Under the pieces are notes generated by a model. It was not told the origin of the DNA and searched no databases. It was given only the letters and a program-made list of their open reading frames with translations. DNA of 64,000 nt. Origin: Candidatus Binatia bacterium (GTDB lineage: Bacteria > Desulfobacterota > Binatia > UBA1149 > CAITLU01). Shown here one piece after another: positions 1 to 10,500 of the stretch; within the stretch, counting starts at the first letter, position 1, and every line of letters begins with the position of its first letter. Location: assembly GCA_036493895.1 (NCBI GenBank), contig DASXOZ010000011.1:626-64625 (forward strand), in the 5' to 3' direction. Made by a program: the position numbers and the translations under genes.

Positions 1-337
1 CGCAGTTGCCGCCCGAAAGGGCATCGGAGCCGTCGGCGCCGATGTAGATGCCGACGTCGAAACGGTTAGCGTGTCCGGAGCTGATGTTGACCGTGCCGTC
101 GAACGTGAACGTGTCGCCGACGAACTCGCACGCGTGAATCACATTGGTGACGGAGATCGACGAGACGGAGAAGTCGTTGGCGGTGCAGTTCAGGTTGGTC
201 AGGCCGGAGGCTGCCGCCATGCAGTTGGCGGCGTGCGCGGCCGGTGTGCTCGAGATCACGCCGATGGTGGCCAGCAACGCGATCGTCGCCGACAAGCTCG
301 TGCTGCGGCGCCTGGCCGAAGACTCGCGAAACTTCAT
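1..337 (-). CDS. Secreted Cys-rich protein, N-terminal fragment; third paralog of the two giant repeat proteins (runs off the window edge)
   Basis: Manual translation from ATG at 337 (GGGGG SD-like upstream) gives MKFRESSARRRSTSLSATIALLATIGVISSTPAAHA-ANCMAAASGLTNLNCTANDFSVSS...RFDVGIYIGADGSDALSGGNC with no stop to the edge. It has a signal-peptide-like N-terminus (AHA cleavage) and shares LNCTANDF and R(F/Y)DxGxxxGADGxDAL motifs with the head of the 12904..19809 protein. Confidence 0.85.
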   Translation of the reverse strand, partial: MKFRESSARRRSTSLSATIALLATIGVISSTPAAHAANCMAAASGLTNLNCTANDFSVSSISVTNVIHACEFVGDTFTFDGTVNISSGHANRFDVGIYIGADGSDALSGGNC

Positions 338-706
338 GTAGACCCCCTGGACGTCGCGGCGTGGCCGCGCCTGCTGTTTTGCGAGTTCCCGATGGAAGCC
401 GCGTTCCCTGGTTTTTTTGCCGCGCCCGCCTCGCGCCCGAGCCGCGTCCCCTGCAGCGACAGACAAGTCGCCGCGCCGACTGCGCCAGCCCCAAACTGGC
501 ACCCCCCGGATTGGGGGACCATGGCTGGACGTATTGTCAGTTGCAAGGAAAAAATACCTGAATTTGCGGGAAAAATTCGTCACGCTGGCCGACCGGCGAA
601 ACCGGGATTGCGCGGCTGCAAGGGTCCGCCGGGGGTGGTCGGGAGTTCCTGCAAGAGCCGGCTGAGAGCGGTGCCGGCACGCCGGCCGGACCAGGCTTCG
701 TGCCTG

Positions 707-2338
707 TCAGTCGTCGAGCCCGAGCTGGCGCCGAAGCTCTCGCTTGACGATCTTCCCCATCGAGTTGCGCGGCACGCTGGCGACGAAGTGGAAGCGTTCG
801 GGCACCTTGTAGCGGGCCAGGGCGGTCGCGCAGACTTCGCGCAGCTCCTCGGCTGTCACGCTGCCTGCTCCGTCGGCAACCTGGACGGCCGCGACGACCC
901 GCTCGCCGAGCCTTTCGTCAGCAATTCCGAATACCGCACACGCCGCAACGCGCGGGTCCGCATGCAGAACCCTTTCGACTTCGGCCGGGTAGACGTTGGC
1001 TCCGCCTCTGAGAATGAGGTCGCCGCGGCGGCCGCGGATGTAGAGCTGGCCGGAGGCGGGGTCGCGCACACCGAGGTCGCCGGTGTGCAGCACGCCGTCC
1101 ACCAGAGCCGCCGCCGTCTGGTCCGGCTTGTTCCAGTAGCCGAGCATCGGCGTGTACACGCCGGCAAACGGTCCTTGCGACGAAGGGGCGACGCAGATTT
1201 CGCCGACCTCGCCGTCGGCAACCTGGCGTCCGTTCTCGTCGAGCAGCCGGATTTCGATCTGCGGTAGCGGCCGGCCGATCAGGCCGGGCTGCGGCGGCGT
1301 GTCGCCCGGTGAGCGGGTCACGGCGGTCGGTGCCTCGGTCATGCCGTAGCCGATCGACACGTCGGCGCCGAACCTCTCGCGGTACAGGCGAAGAAAAGAC
1401 GGCGGACACTCGGCGCCGCCCACTTCGGGCCGCACGAGGCTGGCCAGGTCTGCCCCGCTTACCTGCGGGTGCGTCAGAAGGTCGTGGTAGGTGGCCGGCA
1501 CCGCGGCAAAATGCGCGACGTTTTCGTTTCGCACCCACTCGGCGACGCCCTCGGCATCGACGCGGTCGATGCACACGCATGTCCCGTCGATCTGGAACAC
1601 CAGCAGCGGCACGAGGACCATCAGGTTGAGCACGCCGAGCGGCAGCAGCACCCCGTGGATCTGCCCGATCGGATGGGCGCCGGTCGCAGCAGCGACGGCG
1701 CCGGGCAGCACGAGGTTGTGCTGGCTGTGCACGGCGCCTTTGGGGAAACCCGTCGTGCCGCTCGTGTAGGCAATCGCCGCGGGCGCGAACGGATCGATCG
1801 CGACTCGCTCGGCCACGTCGTTTCCGGCGTGCGCAAGGGCAGCATTCCACTTCGACTGCGCATCGCCGGGATCGGCATCGAGGACGTGGCGCAGCGACGG
1901 CACCGCGGCGCGCACGCCGTCCACCTGCGCGCACATCGCGCGATCGCCGAGGAACACGCACGCTTCGCAATCGGCGAGGATGTACGCTTTTTCGGCGGGC
2001 GCCAGCGGCCTGGCCACGCCCACCCACAGTGCTCCGAGGCGCATCGTCGCGAGGAATGCAATGACGATCTCGGCGTGGTTGCCGAGGCTTGCTGCAACTC
2101 GGTCTCCCGCACCGACGCCGAGCGATGCAAGCGCTGCCGCAGCGCGGTCGACGGCAACGTCGAGCGTGCGGTACGTGTAACGCGAGTGCCTGGCTACCAG
2201 CGCGGTCCTGTCCGGGCAGCGTGCAAGCGGTCCTGCCAGGATGTCGGCGACCGTCTGCGGCCCTGTTCCCGGAATCGGCGGCCGCGACGCGGGCACGACG
2301 AGATGGCGGGCGCGGACGAGCGATGCCGTGTCTTCCAC
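707..2338 (-). CDS. AMP-binding acyl-CoA synthetase (class I adenylate-forming enzyme)
   Basis: YTSGTTGFPKG P-loop, GYGMTE, LHTGDLG, GRRGDLILRGGANVYPAEVE and C-terminal GKIVK. Start placed at GTG 2338, just after the upstream SDR stop; the longer ORF start overlaps the SDR. Confidence 0.9.
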   Translation of the reverse strand: MEDTASLVRARHLVVPASRPPIPGTGPQTVADILAGPLARCPDRTALVARHSRYTYRTLDVAVDRAAAALASLGVGAGDRVAASLGNHAEIVIAFLATMRLGALWVGVARPLAPAEKAYILADCEACVFLGDRAMCAQVDGVRAAVPSLRHVLDADPGDAQSKWNAALAHAGNDVAERVAIDPFAPAAIAYTSGTTGFPKGAVHSQHNLVLPGAVAAATGAHPIGQIHGVLLPLGVLNLMVLVPLLVFQIDGTCVCIDRVDAEGVAEWVRNENVAHFAAVPATYHDLLTHPQVSGADLASLVRPEVGGAECPPSFLRLYRERFGADVSIGYGMTEAPTAVTRSPGDTPPQPGLIGRPLPQIEIRLLDENGRQVADGEVGEICVAPSSQGPFAGVYTPMLGYWNKPDQTAAALVDGVLHTGDLGVRDPASGQLYIRGRRGDLILRGGANVYPAEVERVLHADPRVAACAVFGIADERLGERVVAAVQVADGAGSVTAEELREVCATALARYKVPERFHFVASVPRNSMGKIVKRELRRQLGLDD

Positions 2339-2352
2339 GCCGATCCCGCTGC

Positions 2353-3117
2353 CTACGGTCTCATGTACCAGCCGCCGCTGATGTTGATCGCTTCGCCCGT
2401 GATGAAGGCCGAGCGGTCCGAGCCGAGGAAAGCCACGAGCTCGGCGACTTCTTCGGGCTTGCCGAAGCGTCGCAGCGGCGTGCGATCGACTTCGCTCTGG
2501 AACTGGTCGGCATAGCGGGCGACGAACTTCGACCAGATCAGGCCCGGCGCGATCGCGTTGCAGCGCACGCCGAACGGGCCGCCCTCGAACGCGACACTGC
2601 GCGTGAGGCCGAACAGCGCGGCTTTTGCACACGCGTACGGCGCCTCGCGGCCTTCGTTCGCATCGCCGAGCCAGCCGGCGATCGACGAGATGTTGACGAT
2701 GGCGCCGCGACGCCTCTCGATCATCCCCGGCAGCAGCAGCCGCGTCAGGTGGAATGCTGCCGTGATGTCGACGTCGAGCACGCGGTCCCAGTCGGTCATC
2801 GTGAATTCGCGAATCGGCGCGAGCACGTTTTCGGCCGCGTTGTTGACGAGCACGTCGACCGGACCGAGCGACGCTTCGATCTCGCCGATGACGTCGCGCA
2901 TGCGCGCGCGGTCGGCGATGTCACCGGGAAACGCAAGCACCCGCGCGCCGGTGTCGGCGGCAATCCGATGCGCGACTTCCCGGCAACGCCGTTCGTGGAT
3001 GTCGACCACTGCCACCTGTCCGCCTTCGCGCGCGATGCGTTCGGCGCTGTGGCTTCCGATACCCGCACCGGCGCCGCCGGTGACCAGCGCGACCTTGCCT
3101 TCGAAGTCTCTCGACAT
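2353..3117 (-). CDS. SDR family oxidoreductase
   Basis: MSRDFEGKVALVTGGAGAGIG, VNNAA, YACAK (YxxxK), NAIAPG. It is the 3' part of ORF 2353..3915; true ATG at 3117. Confidence 0.92.
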   Translation of the reverse strand: MSRDFEGKVALVTGGAGAGIGSHSAERIAREGGQVAVVDIHERRCREVAHRIAADTGARVLAFPGDIADRARMRDVIGEIEASLGPVDVLVNNAAENVLAPIREFTMTDWDRVLDVDITAAFHLTRLLLPGMIERRRGAIVNISSIAGWLGDANEGREAPYACAKAALFGLTRSVAFEGGPFGVRCNAIAPGLIWSKFVARYADQFQSEVDRTPLRRFGKPEEVAELVAFLGSDRSAFITGEAINISGGWYMRP

Positions 3118-3173
3118 GGGGGACTGCCTTTTTTCTGACGCTCGCTCGGGCGGTGGATATACGGGCAGTCGCT

Positions 3174-4370
3174 TCAGGAATTCAGGCCGACCAGGCGGCG
3201 CTGGTTGTCGCGCATGATCAGGCGCGTATCGGCGGCGCTCATCTTTTCGCAGCCGTGCACGAAATCGACCGGTTCGGCGAGTCCCTCGGGATGCGGAAAA
3301 TCGGAGCCGAAGACGACGTGATCGGTGCCGATCAGGCTGCAAAGGTGCGGGATGTCCTCTTCGTGGTACGGCGAGACGTAGACGTGGCGGCGGAACACCT
3401 CGCTCGGTCTTCCCGACCAGCGGCCCCCGATCCACGGCCCGTTGCGGCCCATGCCCTTCATCTTGTCCATCGCCTTGAGCAGGTACGGAACCCACAGGCA
3501 GCCGTTCTCGACGCTGACGACCTTGACGTTCGGGAAGCGGCCGAACAGGTTGTGGAAGATCAGCGCCGACATCGTGTCCATGATCGGACGGTCGCCGTAG
3601 AAATTGCACCACTGGAAGGCCGACTGGCTGTGCGAGCTCGGGTTGGGCTGCTCTCCCCAGGCCACCGACATCGCCTCGTTGTAACCGGACTCGCCGACGT
3701 GGAACGCCACTGCCAGGCCCGCTTCGTTCACCCGCGACCAGAACGCATCGAACACCGGATCGGCCGGTGATTTGCCGCCCTGGGGCCCGGGCCTCATGCC
3801 GATGATGCGCGCACCGCGCGACAGCACCCACTCCAGGTCCTTGACCGCTTCGGCCGGATCGAGAAGCGACAGGATCGGCGGCGCGAAGATGCGGCCGAGG
3901 TACGAGAAGCCCCACTCCTCGTCGAGCCAGCGATTGAACGCGCGCAGGTTGGCGTAGCTTTGCTCGACGTCGTCCTTCATGAAGTGCTCGACGCAGACGG
4001 CGAGCGTCGGGAACAGCAACGCGCTCTCGAGCTTCTGGGCGTCCATCAACGCGAGGCGCGCTTCGCGGTTCACGTAAGCCGGCTGCACCGGCTCCTTGAT
4101 GCCGTCGTCGCCGCCGGAGTGTTCACCGGTCAGGTAGCGCAGGTAGTCGCGAAGAGATCCCGGCTTCAGCGTGACGTCGTAATTCAGCTCCATGTCGGCC
4201 AGGAAAGTGAACGGTTTTTCGCCGATGCGGACGCTCTCGGTGCCGTTGGCCCCGCGCACGACGCGCACCGCCTTGTCGCGATGCTTCGGCTCGATGAAGC
4301 GCGTGAACGCGTCGCGGGTCTCGTAGTAGTGGTTGTCGCCGTCGAAGCTGAGGTAGTCGAGATGAGTCAT
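3174..4370 (-). CDS. Amidohydrolase-2 family metal-dependent hydrolase
   Basis: Starts MTHLDYLSFDGDNHYYE; contains AFHVG, SVENG and VFGSDFPHPEG. ATG 4370 has AGGA upstream. Confidence 0.9.
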   Translation of the reverse strand: MTHLDYLSFDGDNHYYETRDAFTRFIEPKHRDKAVRVVRGANGTESVRIGEKPFTFLADMELNYDVTLKPGSLRDYLRYLTGEHSGGDDGIKEPVQPAYVNREARLALMDAQKLESALLFPTLAVCVEHFMKDDVEQSYANLRAFNRWLDEEWGFSYLGRIFAPPILSLLDPAEAVKDLEWVLSRGARIIGMRPGPQGGKSPADPVFDAFWSRVNEAGLAVAFHVGESGYNEAMSVAWGEQPNPSSHSQSAFQWCNFYGDRPIMDTMSALIFHNLFGRFPNVKVVSVENGCLWVPYLLKAMDKMKGMGRNGPWIGGRWSGRPSEVFRRHVYVSPYHEEDIPHLCSLIGTDHVVFGSDFPHPEGLAEPVDFVHGCEKMSAADTRLIMRDNQRRLVGLNS

Positions 4371-4450
4371 CCGGCGGTTTCCTTCCTGCGGGGGCGCCTG
4401 CGGCGCCCCCGAATTCGCGTGCGCCTGCGGCCCCGACGAGTCACCCGAAC

Positions 4451-4464
4451 AAGAACATGTTCTA
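4451..4464. promoter_or_regulatory. KstR-like palindromic operator, site A
   Basis: AAGAACATGTTCTA (minus strand TAGAACATGTTCTT), about 80-95 bp upstream of the amidohydrolase ATG. The 16-mer CAAGAACATGTTCTAG is identical at 29555-29570. Confidence 0.7.
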
Positions 4465-4525
4465 GTCGGGCAGACAAGGGCCGGCCTGGCGGCGGGGCCG
4501 TCGATCGATCGTGCGGGAGGAAGTT

Positions 4526-4561
4526 CCCGGGCCCGGGCCACCGCAGTGGCCCGCGCCCGGG
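4526..4561 (-). terminator. GC-rich stem-loop just downstream of giant protein 1
   Basis: cccgggc-c-cgggccac-cgca-gtggcccg-c-gcccggg: 15 bp with one mismatch, about 10 nt after the stop at 4572. The U-tract is weak. Confidence 0.45.
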
Positions 4562-4571
4562 GGGAAGGGGA

Positions 4572-7500
4572 TCAGCGGACCGACGTCGAAGAAGCCGTGC
4601 TGGCCGAAGCGCCACTGCCGTCGCTCACCGTCACGCTGACCGGCAGCGAAGTTCCGCTCGCGAGGCTGCTGGAGACCAGCGTCCTTACTTTCACCGATCC
4701 GCTCGCCGAGGCGAGGTTGCTGAAGACGACGTCGTTTCCGGAGACCGTCGCACCGTTCGGCGTCGTGCTTTGCTCGCTCATGCCGTCGGGCAGCGTCAGC
4801 ACCAGCGTTCCGGTGCCGGTGAGATTGGCGTAGTCGGCCGAGACGTCCGACGTCAGGCCGGACGTCACCGTCCGCGGCAGCGTCAGCGACACGGTTGGTC
4901 CCGACGCCGTCGAGCCGTCACGTACGATCGTCGAAGCCTGGCCGTTGTACGTCGTGCCGCTGCCGTCCAGCGCGGAGGCGGCGATCTGCAGCGTCGAGCC
5001 CGCAACCGCGCTCGAGCTGACGGCAACGCGCAGCTTGACCGATCCGCTGGTGTCCGTGAGCCGCCACTGCGCGCCGTCGGGCAGCAGCGACGCGCTCGGC
5101 ACGGCCAGCACCGGCGTCATCTCCGGCGGCAGTGTCATGGTCAGCGTCGAGGGACTCACCAGTCCCGAGTACGAAATCGCCACGTCGGTCGTCGTGCCCG
5201 GAGTCACCGAGCGCAGCGCCGTCACGTCGAGGGCCGGAGTGCCGGACCCGCCGCCCGTCGTGCCGAGGCCGATCACGGTCTGGGTCTCGGATGCAACGAT
5301 GGTGCCGGTCTCGTCGCTCATCGTCATGCTGCCGACGAGCACGGTGCCGGTGGCGACGTCCGCCGCGATCTGTGCGTCGATCTTGACCGACCCGGACGGG
5401 TCCATCAGGTCGCTGAACGTCAGGGTGCGCTCACTGCCACCGCTCGGCGCCGGCTGCGAGCGCAGCACCGTCACTTCGTCCGGCAGCGAGATCGTCAGCT
5501 GGTTGTGCCCGACGGCTTCGCGGTAACGCGCGGTGTAGCGCAGCGTCAGGCCCGCGCGACTGTAGGTCTGCGAGCGGATCGACGCGAACAGCTTGTTCGA
5601 CGCCGTGACGACGCTGGTCTGCTCGCACACGGCGTTGTTGCCCGCACCGTCGTTCATCGTCGCACTGCTCGGCAGCACGGTCTGGTCGGGAGCGAGCGGG
5701 CTCACCTGCGTGTTCACCTTCACCTTGCCGGCGGTGGCCGCGAGCGAGTCCCAGAACAGCGTCTGGCCCTGCTGCGCAGTCGGCGTCGGATAGGCGCTGA
5801 TGATCGTCACATCGTCGGGCATGGTCAGGTTGACCGAGTTGCTCTCCGAGCCGTTCTTGTAACGCAGCTCGTACTTCACGAAGCTGCCGGGCGTCGCGTA
5901 GATCTGCGCGCGCAGGAAGCACGACAGCGTAGCGCCGCCGGTGCCGTCGTCGCGCACGTGGAACACGTTGTCGGCGGTCGCGTAGTGCCCGGCCGGATCC
6001 GACAGCGTCGCGACGTTCAGGACCGACGCGCCGGAGCTCATCGTGGGATCGATCGTCGCGGTGATGAAGCCCTGGCCGACCGTGCCCGCCTTGAACGGGT
6101 CGGCAGTGAAGGTCGCAGTGTTGCCTGAGACGGACGCGGAGGCGTCGCCGGACGACGCCGACACGAGCGTCAGTCCCGCCGGCAGCGGATCGCTGATCGT
6201 CACGTCGGCCAGGTCGTCGGCGCACGCGTTCGACCATTGCAGCGTGTACTGGATCGTGCCGCCCGGGTTGTCGTTGCCCGAGTGCACCTTGCGCAGCGCG
6301 ACCGGGCAGAGGTCCGCCTGCGAACGCACGTTCAGCTTGTCGGTGGCCTCGGCCGACGGGATGCCGGCGGTCGTCAGCGACGCCGTGTTGACGATCGTCG
6401 TCCCCGGCTCGGTGCTGTCGGCGATGCGCACCGTGATCGTGCCCTGGCCGACGTCGCCGCCGCCCCACGAATCCATGTGGAACGTGACGGTGTTGCCGCT
6501 GATCGTCGTCGTCGCCACCGGCGACGAGGCCGACTCGACGGTCATGCCGCCCGGAATCGGATCGGTGACGTTCAGATCCGAGACCGGATTTCGGCACGAG
6601 TTCGACCACTGCAGCGTGTACGTGACCTCGCCGCCCGGCGTGGTATCGCCGGTGTGGGTCTTGCGCAGCGATGCCGCGCAGTCTTCGCAGACCTGGTTGG
6701 TCTGGCAGACCCCGGAAAGACAGGTATCGGGCTGGTCGCAGGAGCTGGAGGCCTGCGAACCGCACGCCGATCCGTCCGGCTTGAAGCCGTCGGACGGGCA
6801 AGAGCCGTTGCCGTCGCAGTTCTCGGCGACGTCGCACTCACCGGCGGCGAGGCGGCACACGATAGACGCGGATGCGTGATTGACCAGGCAGCTTCCCGAA
6901 CCGTCGCAGGTATCGGGTGCGTCGCAGATCGAGCTGCTCGAGCTTCCGCACGCGAAACCTGCCGAGCGGAAGGCGTCGGCAGGGCACGACGTCGAGGCGC
7001 CGGTGCAGTTCTCGGCGGCGTCGCACTGCGAAACCGCCGCGCGGCAGGTCGTGGCCGATGCCGCGAACGAATCGGCGGTGCAGGTGGCCGAGGCGCCGGT
7101 GCAGTTCTCGGCGACGTCACAGACACCGCCCGATCCGCGGCACACGGTCGTCGAAGCGACGAACGCGTCGGCCGGGCAGGACGCCGAGGCGCCGGTGCAG
7201 CTCTCCGCGACGTCGCAGACTCCCGCCGACGGGCGGCAGGCCGTGGTCGAAGAGGCGAACGTGTTGGCGGGACACGCGGCCGACGTGCCCGTGCAGTTCT
7301 CGGCAACGTCACAGATGCCGCCCGATGCGCGACACGTCGTCGTCGATGCGACGAACGAATCGGCGGGGCAGGCGCCGGAAGTGCCGGTGCAGTTCTCGGC
7401 CGGATCGCAGATTCCGGCCGACGGACGGCAGACGCTCGTCGATGCGGTGAACGAGTCGGCCGGACACGCTGCTGCGATGCCGCTGCAGTTCTCGGACGGA

Positions 7501-10500
7501 TCACAGATGCCGGTCGAAGCGCGGCACAGCGCCGCCGCCGACAGGAACGCGTCTCCAGGGCACGCCGCGGAAGTTCCGCTGCAGTTCTCGGCGGTGTCGC
7601 AGACTCCGGCGGAGGGGCGGCACGTCGTCGTCGAAGAGACGAACGCGTCGCCGGGGCAGGCGCCGGAGGTTCCGGTGCAGCTCTCGGCTACGTCGCAGAT
7701 GCCGCCGGATGCGCGGCACGTCGTCGTCGACGAAACGAACGCATCGGCAGGGCAGGCGGCAGCAGTGCCGGTGCAGCTTTCGGGCGTGTCGCAGACTCCC
7801 GTGGAGGTGCGACACGTCGTCGTCGACGAAACGAACGCGTCGGCCGGGCACGCGCCGGAGGTCCCGGTGCAGTTTTCGGCGACGTCGCAGACGCCGCCGG
7901 ATGCGCGGCATGTCGTCGTCGACGCGGTGAATGTATCGGCAGGGCACGACGCTGCGGTACCGGTGCAGCTCTCGGACGGGTCGCAGACGCCCGTCGATGC
8001 GCGGCACGTCGACGTCGAAGAGACGAACGCATCCGCCGGGCAGGCGCCGGAGGTTCCGGTGCAGTTTTCCGCAACGTCGCAGATGCCGCCGGATGCGCGG
8101 CAGACGGTCGTCGATGCGGTGAACGTATCGGCAGGGCACGCCGCTGCGGTTCCGCTGCAGTTTTCGGACGGATCGCAGACGCCGGTCGATGCGCGGCACA
8201 GCGTGGTCGACGCATCGAACGCATCGGCCGGACACGCGCCGGAAGTGCCGGTGCAGTTTTCGGCGACGTCGCAGACTCCGCCGCTCGGGCGGCACACCGT
8301 CGTCGATGCGGTGAACGTATCGGCGGGGCACGCCGCTGCGGTTCCGCTGCAGTTTTCGGACGGGTCGCAGACGCCGGTCGATGCGCGGCACGCGGTGGTC
8401 GAGGCGACGAAAGAATCGGCCGGGCATGTCGACGACAGTCCGGTACAGTTCTCGGCGACGTCACAGACGCCGCCCGAGGCGCGGCACGTGACGGTGGGAA
8501 GCGCGAAGAGGTCGAGCGGGCACGAGGCGAGCAGGCCGGTGCAGTTCTCGGCCACGTCGCAGATGCTGACCGCATCGCGGCAAACGGTGGCGGAGCTGAC
8601 CAGGACATCGGCCGGGCAGGTCGCCGAGGTTCCGGTACAGTTTTCGGCGACGTCGCAGACGCCGCCGGACGCGCGGCAAGTGGTAGTGGACGCGACGAAC
8701 GCATCGGCGGGGCACGCACCAGAAGTGCCGGTGCAGTTTTCGGCGACGTCGCAGACACCGCCGGACGCGCGGCAAACGGTCGTGGATGCCGCGATCGCAT
8801 CGGCGGGACATGCCGCGGCGGTTCCGGTGCAGTTCTCGGACGGATCGCAGACGCCGGTCGACGCGCGGCACAGCGTCGTCGATGCGACGAACGCATCGGC
8901 CGGGCACGCGCCGGAAATTCCGGTGCAGTTTTCCGCCACGTCGCAGACGCCGGCCGAAGCGCGGCACGTGACGGTGGGAAGGGCGAAGACGTCGAGCGGA
9001 CACGTCGCGAGCAGGCCGGTGCAGTTCTCCGACGGATCGCAGACGCCGGTGGATGCGCGGCACAACGTGGTCGACGCGACGAACGCGTCGGCCGGACACG
9101 TCGACGACGTCCCGGTGCAGTTTTCGGCGACGTCGCAGACGCCGGCGATTGAGCGGCAAAGAGTCGTCGATGCAGAGAACGCATCGGCAGGACAAGCGCC
9201 GGAAGTTCCGGTGCAGTTCTCGGCCACGTCGCAGACGCCGGTGGCTGCGCGGCAAGTCGCCGTCGAGGCGACGAACGAGTCGGCCGGGCACGCCGCTGCC
9301 GTTCCGGTGCAGTTCTCGGCCACGTCGCAGACGCCGGTCGATGCGCGGCACGCGGTGGTCGAGGCGACGAACGAATCGGCAGGACATGTCGACGACAGTC
9401 CGGTGCAGTTTTCGGCGACGTCGCAGACGCCGGCCGAGGCGCGGCACGTGACGGTGGGGAGCGCAAAGAGGTCGAGCGGGCACGAGGCGAGCAGTCCGGT
9501 GCAGTTCTCGGCGACGTCGCAGATGCTGACCGCATCGCGGCAATCGGTCGTGGAACTGGCCAGGGTTTCGGCCGGGCAGGTCGCCGAGGTTCCGGTGCAG
9601 CTCTCGGCGACGTCGCAGACACCGGTCGTCGCGCGGCACGTCGTCGTCGAAGACACGAAGGCGTCGGTGGGGCAGGCGGCGGAAGTTCCGGTGCAGTTCT
9701 CCGCGACGTCACAGACGCCGGCCGAGGCGCGGCACGCGGTGGTCGAGGCGACGAACGAATCGGCAGGACACGAGGCCGAAACCCCGGTGCAGTTCTCGGC
9801 AACGTCACAGATGCCACCCGACGCGCGACAGGTCGTTGTGGACGCGACGAAGCTGTCGGCGGGACATGCGGCCGAGGTTCCGGTACAGTTCTCGGCGACG
9901 TCGCAGACACCTCCCGAGGCGCGGCAGGTCGTCGTGGAGGCGACGAACGCATCGGCCGGGCACGCACCGGTCGTTCCGGTGCAGTTCTCGGCGACGTCGC
10001 ACACACCGCCCGTCGAGCGACAGACCGTCGTCGATGCGGAGAACGCATCGGCGGGACATGCCGTCGCAGTTCCAGTGCAATTCTCTGACGGATCGCAGAC
10101 GCCGGTCGATGCGCGGCACGCGGTGGTCGAGGCGACGAACGAATCGGCAGGGCATGTCGACGACAGTCCGGTGCAGTTTTCGGCGACGTCGCAGACGCCG
10201 GCCGAGGCGCGGCACGTGACGGTGGCAAGCGCGAAGAGGTCGAGAGGGCACGAGGCGAGCAGGCCGGTGCAGTTCTCGGCGACGTCGCAGATGCTGACCG
10301 CGGTGCGGCAGACGGTCGTGGATCCGGCAAGGGCATCGGCAGGGCAGGCCGCCGAAGTTCCGGTGCAGCTCTCGGCGACGTCGCAGACACCGGTCGTCGC
10401 GCGGCACGTCGTCGTCGAAGTCACGAAAGCGTCGGTGGGGCAGGCGACGGAAGTTCCGGTGCAGTTCTCCGCGACGTCACAGACGCCGGCCGAGGCGCGA

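Noticed and set aside
5959-5972. Fifth operator-like site TGGAACACGTTGTC
   Set aside because: It lies inside a coding region and breaks the GTTC half-site and the terminal A.
71-6128. Long plus-strand ORFs 71..1267, 2089..3138 and 3960..6128, and similar Arg/Ala-rich ORFs throughout the window
   Set aside because: They are antisense to well-supported genes, have no family motifs, and are expected in high-GC DNA.
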